Shown here piece by piece: positions 1 to 7,511 of a stretch of 8,419 bases of DNA (positions are counted from its first letter, which is position 1; every line of letters begins with the position of its first letter). The stretch comes from Selaginella moellendorffii. Its lineage: Eukaryota; Plantae; Lycopodiophyta. Both the position numbers and the translations under genes were made by a program. The notes under the pieces were generated by a model, which was given only the letters and a program-made list of their open reading frames with translations, did not search any database and had not been told where the DNA came from. The stretch covers positions 1 through 8,419 of the forward strand of contig NW_003314630.1 in the NCBI RefSeq assembly GCF_000143415.4, given 5' to 3'.

Positions 1-136
1 ATTTTGCACCACAAGACGAAAAGCTCGAGGAAGGCAACACTGTGCACATACTCGATCTTGACACATTTGCATTTGAAGTGTGACACAAGACCTCATCGCT
101 GGAGCGAAGTTTCGTAAGAAGCATGCGGGTTGATTT

Positions 137-201
137 CTGTGAAAGTAGGTTACGTTAACCAAATCAGTAAACTCAAGCTCAGATTGTTTTGCAAAACTAA
201 C
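137..201 (-). other. Intron, 65 nt (GTTAGT...ACTTTCACAG)
   Basis: Phase-1 splice removes the apparent stop of ORF 197..439 and extends the frame to the window edge with one TGA (95-93). Confidence 0.6.
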
Positions 202-405
202 CGGTTTCAGTGACGAGGACGGGGGGATTATTGCACTCCTTCCTTATGTAGTTGGGAAGCTTATAACATGGCACAATGTTCAGGCAGCTATCTTCAAAAA
301 ACTGCATGTAAATAAGCATCATTAGACAGAGTGCGAGGCAGTCTTCTATGCGATGGAAATGCAGCTCGCTTGTAAGCTTGTGGTCTGGTTTGCCAAAATA
401 GGTTG

Positions 406-527
406 CTGCATTGAAATGCAGGTATGATTTCCTTCGCAACGCTCACGCACGATCTGCTGCGTGGAAGCAAAACCTCAGGCAGCAGTAACACCTACTCGGG
501 CAGCTCAAGCAGCGCAAGCCCACACAC
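406..527 (-). other. Intron, two alternative solutions: 406-446 (41 nt, GTGAGC...AATGCAG) or 457-527 (71 nt, GTGTGT...CCACGCAG)
   Basis: Either splice joins the FHLVFV/YHLNT exon in frame to the EDC-containing ORF 197..439. Confidence 0.45.
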
Positions 528-879
528 CAGCCACGGAATCAGTTAACTCTGAGACAGAACTGGTGTTGAGATGATAGAATGCTGAATCTCCCGCTGGAGC
601 CACAAAGACAAGGTGAAATAAATCCCCCGTGATATATAGTCTTCAAGAAAACCATTACACGAAAACTAATTTTGCAGGTTGCTGGCTGGTTTCAAGCTTA
701 GAATGGATTGACATTCTTGACGGTGCTCGGAGCGGGTCATATGGTTTCCCTAGACATTTGTCCTATTTCCTCAAAGGAAAGGTTCCACCAAGCTTTGCCA
801 ATTGAATGTCCTTATTCCGATGAATTCTCGACTACCTCGGTTAGGCCTTACACAGCGTCTTTCTAAGCTCCTTCTCGAG

Positions 880-936
880 CTGCATTGGACCAACAGTTAG
901 TGATACAAATTAGGAAATTACCACTTTTCCGGAAAC
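880..936 (-). other. Intron, 57 nt (GTTTCC...CACTAAC...AATGCAG)
   Basis: Strong branch point CACTAAC and TGCAG acceptor; phase-0 join KKLTQ|LEKEL. Confidence 0.65.
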
Positions 937-1347
937 CTGGGTTAATTTCTTCATAAGATCCAGACGATGACTCTACCAGGTTCTGGAGATTTTCATTCCA
1001 AGTTAAGACATGGTTGACATTTGTTGTATGAGTTCTCTGGAAAGACGTTCCGAGTGGCTCACGCATGGCAGCAACTCACCAAGGTGTCTAGTTAATGCAT
1101 ATCTTTCTACAAAATTCAAAACGATATGAACTTGCTTCAGCTCGACCCTTCTTGACGAAACCAAAAACATCCAAGATCGAATACTTGTATTAATATTCCG
1201 CCCAAACGAATGGATATATCCGGTCGACAGGGCGTGAATCTTTGAGCCTTGCAAGCAACAGCCTTGCCGCACTTGACGCTGCCTAGAAGATATGTTCATC
1301 ATTTAGCCAGAAGTCGCCCATCATTAGACCGTATGTTAGAAAATCCT

Positions 1348-1404
1348 CTGAAACATGATAGGATTAGATAAGTTAGAGCAAATGGAAAGAAAAGAAAGAA
1401 TTAC
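1348..1404 (-). other. Intron, 57 nt (AG|GTAATT...CTAAC...TTTCAG)
   Basis: Consensus donor, pyrimidine-rich body, CTAAC branch site; phase-1 join into the WLNDE exon. Confidence 0.75.
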
Positions 1405-1596
1405 CTAAGACTAGCCTCGGTTTTTGAGTATGAATAGGCTCCTCAACATTGATGCTCCTCCTCATCGCATGTGGTGTCCATTTGATCCAGCAACCTCTGG
1501 AGCACAGCTCCATGGAGACTGACCTGTCCAACTGTGCTCTCTCATCAGTTCTCTTATGCCTCTGCCTTCATCTTTCAACACTCCTCATTTAGCAAA

Positions 1597-1829
1597 TGTT
1601 AGGCACCAGCTTTGACCACGTAGTCAACTTTGCTCAAAGAGAGGCTCAAGGGTATATTAAAAAATGTTAAGGTAAAGAACTTAGCCTACCTTAAGGCTCA
1701 TAGTGGAATAGTGGCACAATGGAGTTTTTGAGGTAGCTTGGGGGTGGTTGGGTGGTGAGGAATCTCAAGAGGTAGCATAGCATAGTCTAGGGTAACTAGG
1801 TCTCTATCTTTTTGCACTAGATCATAACA
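1597..1829 (+). repeat. 5' LTR (233 bp)
   Basis: Starts TGTTAGGCACCAGC, ends GATCATAACA (5-bp terminal inverted repeat TGTTA/TAACA). Manual alignment to 6114-6344: 36 substitutions in 231 columns plus one 2-bp indel. Confidence 0.97.
1653..1660 (+). promoter_or_regulatory. Candidate LTR TATA box (TATATTAA)
   Basis: Identical in both LTRs (also 6170-6177), downstream of the U3 palindrome. Confidence 0.45.
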
Positions 1830-1831
1830 TT

Positions 1832-1844
1832 TGGAGCTATAGAG
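1832..1844 (+). other. Putative primer-binding site (TGGAGCTATAGAG), not the tRNA-iMet type
   Basis: TGG begins 2 nt after the CA end of the 5' LTR, the canonical PBS position. It differs from TGGTATCAGAGC and I could not identify the primer. Confidence 0.6.
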
Positions 1845-1862
1845 ATTTGGACTATTCAAGAT

Positions 1863-2718
1863 ATGGTTCATAAGCTACGAGCCTTTAATCAAAATTAACA
1901 AGAAATGCAAGACAAAATGGATAGCATGATGGATACTATGTGTGGGCATGTTGAGGCACTCGAGGCTGAAGTAGCACTCTAACTAAGCTTTCTTTGGTAG
2001 ATCGACTCAAGATTCCAACTTTTTCTAGTGATGGTGGTGTGGAAGAGTGTCTCTCTTGGCTAGCCAATGTGAAGAAATTCTTGGCTGCTAGGGGAACTCC
2101 AAATGCAGAGGCTTTGGTGGCTATTTCAATGGTTTTGTGTGATGCAGGTCTATGGTGGTGGAATTAACTTGAGGAGTCTTATGTTGCGGATAAGAAACCA
2201 CCAGTGTCTACAATGGATGAGTTTGAGGCTACTTTCCGTTTACTTTTGCCCCTCACTACGATGTGGAGAATGCTCGTACAGAACTTTGACATTTTCAGCA
2301 AGGGAAAATGACTCTTGAGGACTATATTGAGAAGCTTACTTGCTTGATTAGTTGTATTCTAATGAAAGATCTAGATCAGAACAAGTCCTACTTCATTAAT
2401 GACCTTCATAATGCGAGCATGTAGCAACACTTGCGTCATTCTCAGCCTATAAAGAGTTTGGAGGAGCTCTTTGATACGGCTTGTCGACTTGATAATGACA
2501 AGCACAAGTTCTGCAAACGTTTGTGGAGCCCTTTTGTAAAAAATTGTTGTGATGATTGCCATGGACACAAGGATGGGAACAAGCACCACAAGTTGAAGTC
2601 TGTGGTGACTACTTCGGATACAAAGGGGTCCAAGAAGCAGAAGTTCTTTATGAAGAATTATAGATAGGGTTGTCATCATTGCGGCGAGCTTGGACACTAC
2701 AAAGTTGATTATCCACAA
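1863..2718 (+). pseudogene. gag: Retrotransposon Gag with CCHC zinc knuckle (disrupted)
   Basis: ATG at 1863. Stitched frames read LKIPTFSSDGGVEECLSWLANVKKF...LWWWN*...DEFEATF...ARTEL*HFQQGKMTLEDYIEKL...PIKSLEELFDTACRLD. Knuckle CHHCGELGHYKVDY at 2671-2712 has its last C changed to Y. Confidence 0.9.
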
Positions 2719-2874
2719 CTGAAGAACAAGTAGCAAAGCAAGAAGAATGGCTAATCTTTTACTGATGGTAAGTTAGATACTAAAAAGTTGCAAACTTTGT
2801 AGCGTGAGAATGACAGAGATAACCATTCCGGTCGAAGGAAAAGGCTTTCAATCATTGCTTGTCAACTCAACTAT

Positions 2875-3219
2875 GTGTGGAACAAGATGGAGTTCAAGAA
2901 TACTCGTGAATTAGCTTTATTGTTAGAAGGCATGTTCCATAGCAGTCCAGTGTTGATTTTACTGGATAGTGAGAGTGATAACAACTTTGTTTCGGCAAAG
3001 TTTGTTAAGGAGCATGGCCTAGTCACACACAAAGTTCCTCCATACACGGTGGAAAGTGCAACTACCTCTGCTCAGCATTTTGATGCTTGTGTAAAGGGGT
3101 TGGAAGTGTTGGTTGGCAAAACCACACTTGTGGAGACTTTTTATCTCGCAAATATCTATTCTGTGGATTTCATTCTTAGGATGGCATGGTTGGTGAAGGT
3201 GGATCTAGAGATAAAATAG
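2875..3219 (+). pseudogene. pol: Retropepsin-like aspartic protease domain of pol
   Basis: ILLDSESDNNFV (D-S-G changed to D-S-E, Asp at 2965-2967) and the downstream DFILRMAWL motif. Same frame as the 3' part of gag. Confidence 0.9.
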
Positions 3220-3499
3220 AGTATTAAACATGTCTCGCTGGAGTATGGTGGCATTAAAGATGCGTGGTTTGGAGAGGGAGTTCAACCTCCAGTTGTTATG
3301 CTCTCTACTATATCTTTGAAGTAGGCTTGTCATAATAGAAAAGCACTTTCAAATTATTTGCTGTTTATTTGTGACTTGGGGGACCAAGGCACATGTGGGG
3401 GAGAAGCAATAGTACGGTGTATTTGACAAGTTTTCTGATATTTTTCTATTTGAAATTCCTCATGGGTTGCCTCAATTACAAGGTGTGGAGTATAGGATT

Positions 3500-4182
3500 A
3501 CATTGGAGCCAGGGACATGGCCAATTTACCAACATCCATTTTGGTTAAGTTATGCAGAGGAGCAAGAAGTTTAATGACAAGTGAAGGAGTTACTTGAGTT
3601 TGAATTTATTCAGCCAAATAAGTATTCATTTGGGGCTCTGGTCTTACTTGTGAAGAGGAACAGTTCAATGCAGATATGTATTAACTACTGTGTCTTGAAC
3701 AAGAAGATGGTGAAGGATAAGATGCCAATGCCACGTGTGGATGATATCTTAGACAAGTTTGGTGAAGCACAAGTGTTTACCAAGACTGATCTGAGGAGTG
3801 GATATCATCAAATTGCAATAGATGATGCATCTATCTCCAAGACAACATTCAACATAAATTTTGGCATTTTGAGTTTATAGTTATGTCATTTGGTTTGACA
3901 AATGCACTAGCCACATTTACTCGGTTGATGACGAAGGTATTGGGGCGTTATCTTCATGAGTTTGTGGAGATTTTCTTGGACAATATTCTTGTTTTCAGCA
4001 AGAATATGGAGGAGCATAGGGTGCATTTGCACAAAGTTCTTTTGTTACTCCGTGACAGCAAATTTTATGCGAAGAAAAGCAAATATGAATTTTCAAAGTC
4101 AGAAATGGAATATCTAAACTATATTATGACATCTAAGGGTGTCAAGACTGATTCAAGGAAGGTGGCTGTGGTGGAAAACTAG
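3500..4182 (+). pseudogene. pol: Reverse transcriptase domain of pol
   Basis: MPRVDDILDKF, KTDLRSGYHQI, MSFGLTNALATF, and FLDNIL (YxDD changed to FLDN, 3973-3984). Frameshift near 3865-3880. Start boundary approximate. Confidence 0.95.
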
Positions 4183-4384
4183 CCTACACCAACTACAGTG
4201 GCTGAGTTATGCTATTTCCTTGGAATGGTTAGTTACTACTAACATTTCTAGCATAAATTTGCGGAGGCGGCTATTCCTTTGACATAGTTGTTATACAAGA
4301 ATGTGCCTTTCAAGTGGAAGAAGCCACAAGAGGAGAGTTTTGTGGCACTAAAATGATTGTTGAGCAAGGCTCCAGTGCTTCGCA

Positions 4385-4702
4385 GCACTGGGAGGAGTTC
4401 TCATGTAAGAGGGACAACCTATTGCATATGAGAATCGAACTTTGAATCCCACAAAACAATGCTATTCTATATATGAGCAAAAGTTACTCTCTATTGTTCT
4501 TGCTTTATAGACATGGTGGCACTATCTTTATGGTGCAGTGTTCGTGGTGTTGACAGATCATAAACCACTTGTGTATCTTTTCACACAGAAGGAGTTGAAC
4601 ATTAGGCAAGCTTGTTGGATGGTCAAATTTATGGAGTTTGGGGGCTTTTCTATTGAGCATTGTTCGGGAAAATTAAATGTGGTGGCGGATGTTTTATCTC
4701 AT
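4385..4702 (+). pseudogene. pol: RNase H domain of pol (N-terminal part deleted)
   Basis: ALGGVLM*EGQPIAYE...YSIYEQKLLSIV...WHYLYG..FVVLTDHKPL...NVVADVLS. The TDAS motif is absent. Confidence 0.92.
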
Positions 4703-4889
4703 GTTTGTCATGTGACGGCGTTACAAACACAATTTTCTCATCATTTAAGTAAGGTGGTCAGTGAGTTTGGGCAATTGGTTGAGTGTGCTCAGGCTCAGGA
4801 TGTTGAGGTGGCCTCTTTGCGAGATCAGATGGAAGCCTCTTTCTCATTGGTGGATGAGATTCTCTATGCCACGGGTGGATACGTTAATT

Positions 4890-5965
4890 ACTCAAGTTTT
4901 ATTCCACTATCATGATCATTCGGAGGTTAGTCATTTTGAGGGGAAAAAGATGTATGAGTTGATTAAGCGCAATTTTTATTAAAGGAATATGAAGGTTGAT
5001 ATCCTTGAGTATTATAAATCATGCGAGCTCTGTTAGCGGGTTAAGGTGCCATGGGAAAAGCTGAAGGGACTTTTGCAACCTTTACCTATTCCTCAAAGCC
5101 ATTAGTGTAATATCTTTATGGACTTTATCACTTGTTTGCCATGCACACAGAGGCAAAAAGAGCAAGTATGGGTCATAGTGGATCTGTTGACGAAGTATGT
5201 GCGGTTGTTGGCTTTGAAAGATTGTCACTATCTCAGACTTAACTACGGTCTACTTGGAGAAGGTTTTTCCTAATTTTGGTTTGCTGGAAGATATCGTTAG
5301 TGATCGAGATTCAAAGTTCATAAGTGGATTTTGGAAGAGGTTTGTGAAGGTTATGCAAGTGATTTTGAAACTCTCGAGTGAAGATCATCCTTAGATGGAT
5401 GGGCAAATTGAGCGTGTGAATCAAGTGGTGGAGGATATGCTACATTGTAGCGTTGGTCAAAGGTAAGGACAGTGGGATCTATATATTCCGTTGGTGCAAT
5501 TTACTTATAACAATAGCCAACACAGTGGAACTAAGTTAAATCCTTATTTTGCCATGTTTGGAAGGCATCCCCAAACAGCAGTGGAGTTAGAATTGCATTT
5601 GAGTAAGGACGTTCAAGATAAGTTTGATTTTGAGGTGACTGATTTGGCCACAGAACTTGATGAGATTCTGGTGGTGTGCAAATGGAATTTGCAAACAGCT
5701 TAGGATAGAGCGGAGAAGTTTGCTAATGAGCATCACCAATTCTGAGAATATAAAGTTAGTGATCTCATCTTCGTGCAAGTGATCTTTCCGTCAAGTGAGT
5801 GGCAGACCACCTTGGTGTCTTTGCAGACAGGGAAGAGTGATAACCTTTCCCATCAATATGCTAGTCTATATAAAGTGCTGGAGCGCATCAGTAAAGTGGC
5901 TTATCGGGTGTGACTGCCAACTGGGGTGAAAATTCATCCAATATTTTATGTTAGCCAGTTGAAAG
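4890..5965 (+). pseudogene. pol: Integrase domain of pol (HHCC, DD35E, GPY/F-like)
   Basis: H4911, H4932, C5022, C5031. IFMDFIT (D5121), IVSDRD (D5302), DGQIERVNQ (E5410, exactly D-35-E). C-terminal YKVLERISKVAYRV*LP...IHPIFYVSQLK. Confidence 0.95.
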
Positions 5966-6100
5966 GTGTACTATTTCAGAGTGATAAGCCTAATGCTTCC
6001 TTGATGTATACGGCTATGGAAGATGGACCAAGAGCTTGAGCAGGCTTCCCCAGAAAAGGTAATCACCAGTACAATTTGTCCTTGGGACAAGGACTTTGTT

Positions 6101-6112
6101 GGAGGGGACGAA
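6101..6112 (+). other. Polypurine tract
   Basis: GGAGGGGACGAA, 1 nt upstream of the 3' LTR TG. Confidence 0.85.
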
Positions 6113-6113
6113 T

Positions 6114-6344
6114 TGTTAGGCACCAGCTTTGACCATATGGTCAACGTTGATCAAAGAGAGGCTCAAAAGTATATTAAGGCATATTAGTAAGGAACTTAGC
6201 TTACCCTAGAGCTCATAGTGGAGTGGCAGCGCAGTGGAGCTTTTGAGGTAGCTCGAGGGTGGTTGGGTGGTGAGGAACTTCAAGAGGTGGCATAACATAG
6301 TCTAGGGCAACTAGATTTCTGTCTTTTTGCGCCGGATCATAACA
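6114..6344 (+). repeat. 3' LTR (231 bp)
   Basis: Direct repeat of 1597-1829 with the same termini, immediately after the PPT. Confidence 0.97.
6129..6144. promoter_or_regulatory. 16-bp LTR palindrome with inverted W-box-like TTGACC motifs (counterpart 1612-1627)
   Basis: TTGACCATATGGTCAA is a perfect palindrome; the 5' copy is TTGACCACGTAGTCAA. The regulatory role is inferred. Confidence 0.5.
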
Positions 6345-6534
6345 CCAACACTTTGTGTCTAATATACATCTAGATCATCTCAAGCTTTTTAGCAATCTCA
6401 ACTAAGCCTCGAAGGCTGGCGAGAAGATATTGTTGGTGATTTTCTTCACCAAAGCATTCACTCCTATGGGTTGCTGTTCTTCTTTGATCCAGCTTCTTGT
6501 TGAGAGTGTTGATACCACTCCATTGGCACCACCA

Positions 6535-6581
6535 CTACAAGGAGAGGTGAAAAACCAAAATGGTAAGCCTTTGCAAAGTAC
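6535..6581 (-). other. Intron, 47 nt (CAG|GTACTT...CTCTCCTTGTAG)
   Basis: Good donor and polypyrimidine acceptor; phase 0. Confidence 0.7.
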
Positions 6582-6668
6582 CTGTAGATCAATATTTGAA
6601 GTTTCTTTCTGGATCTAGAGTGGCAGCATGGACACAATTATGTCAGATGCCTGGTAATACTCTGATGT

Positions 6669-6729
6669 CTTCAAGCAAACAAGATCAAAGCTAGTAATAT
6701 AAGGATCATACTTGCATGAAAGTATTTAC
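6669..6729 (-). other. Intron, 61 nt (GTAAAT...TTGCTTGAAG)
   Basis: With the 47-nt intron it brackets an 87-nt phase-0 exon (6668-6582) in a different genomic frame and restores the flanking frame. Confidence 0.6.
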
Positions 6730-6813
6730 TTGCAGAGCTTCCACGAGAGTGTTGAGTTTCCTGAATTTGCTAGATTCAAACTAGCTTGGACGCTTCGCTG
6801 ATTGGGGTAACTT

Positions 6814-6888
6814 CTGTTTTATAAGCGCAAGGATTGTAAGCATTCACCAGAATATTTGTGTGTAGGGACTGAAACTGTAAATACAAAC
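6814..6888 (-). other. Intron, 75 nt (GTTTGT...AAAACAG)
   Basis: Phase 0 and removes a stop. Length is a multiple of 3, so it is less constrained. Confidence 0.45.
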
Positions 6889-7466
6889 CACTTCAGTTTG
6901 TAAATGTTATAGTGAGTAAGTCCACTTATCAAGTGGTTCATGATGGCCAAGCTGCTTGGCAGTTTGGATTCATAGAACCTCCGAGGACTGGGCATATGGT
7001 GGAAAAATCACAGTTTTGTAAGTCTGGTTTGGAATGAGAGAGTGACTGTAGTAAAATTCAATTGCCTCGCATGTCAAGAGCAAGTCAAGGAATTCCCAAG
7101 CTTACTCTTTTGTGTCATCCATTTCACAATATCTTATCAAGGGCATAAATCTCATCCTTGGGTTATATCCAATGGGAAGGTAAAATTAAAAGTAATAACA
7201 TTAAGCCATCGCAGCAAGAAGTGATGTCATTCTTTGTATAGTGGACCTAAACATTTTTCCCCCATAATAGCTTTGTGCAAGTGTGAGGCAAACAATTCCA
7301 CTGTGGGGGTTTGCACATTTGAAAGTAAGAATGCACATCAATTCGCTAGGTTGATTCAGCCATTTCTGAAAGATCTCAAAGAATATTCTCCCATTGGTGA
7401 GAGTTTTCATTCATAGCAAACAGTGGAAAACAATGTCATTATTTTACTTTTCTCATTTCATGTCCT

Positions 7467-7511
7467 CTAGACAAAGATCAGATTTAGGTTTCAAGTTGAT
7501 AATGTTCTTAC
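7467..7511 (-). other. Intron, 45 nt (G|GTAAGA...CTGAT...TTTGTCTAG)
   Basis: Consensus donor and acceptor; phase-1 join IAH|EDMK. Length is a multiple of 3. Confidence 0.55.

Larger units (their letters stand above)
1..1596 (-). pseudogene. 3' half of a multi-exon pseudogene encoding a Ulp1/SENP (peptidase C48)-like domain; continues past position 1
   Basis: Spliced translation reads PRLVL|EDFLTYGLMMGDFWLNDEHIF (WLNDEHI at 1309-1289), LDLMKKLTQ|LEKELRKTL, PAKLVFV*W, GDLFHLVFVAPAGDSAFYHLNTS (627-559), RIEDCLALCLMMLIYM (C at 340-338), KLPNYIRKEC...VTET|EINPHASYETSLQR*GLVSHF. Several in-frame stops. Frame links at ~1100-1280 and ~1460-1596 are unresolved. Confidence 0.62.
1597..6344 (+). mobile_element. 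Full-length, degenerate Ty3/gypsy LTR retrotransposon (probably chromovirus branch)
   Basis: Two direct LTRs with TG...CA ends, a PBS-like site and a PPT. Domain order is gag, CCHC, protease, RT, RNase H, integrase (integrase last = gypsy order). Many stops and frameshifts. Confidence 0.97.

Noticed and set aside
613-678. Plus-strand intron-like segment (GTGAAA...CTAATTTTGCAG) and plus-strand peptide fragments in 1-1240
   Set aside because: They do not assemble into a coherent frame and are antisense to the better-supported minus-strand gene model.
1334-1404. TGTTAG at 1334 resembling the end of a second LTR
   Set aside because: No partner repeat or PBS/PPT, and similarity to the real LTR stops after 6 nt. 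It lies in the WLNDE exon next to a splice acceptor.
1740-1760. G-rich LTR tract GGGGGTGGTTGGGTGGTGAGG as a G-quadruplex
   Set aside because: Only two runs of three or more G, so at best a weak two-tier structure.
2103-5778. ORFs 2103..2318(+), 2371..2736(-), 2442..2633(-) and 5587..5778(-)
   Set aside because: Off-frame or antisense overlaps of gag/pol; no evidence for extra genes such as env or an antisense ORF.
6900-7135. Minus-strand peptide RYCEMDD...AWEFLDLLLTCEAIEFYY with a superficial Gag-like look
   Set aside because: It is embedded in a multi-intron gene, with no zinc knuckle, protease, RT or LTRs on that strand. The resemblance is too weak.
6430-7416. Plus-strand ORFs 6430..6618, 7042..7224 and 7234..7416
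   Set aside because: Codon-aligned antisense shadows of the minus-strand frame, with no recognisable motifs.
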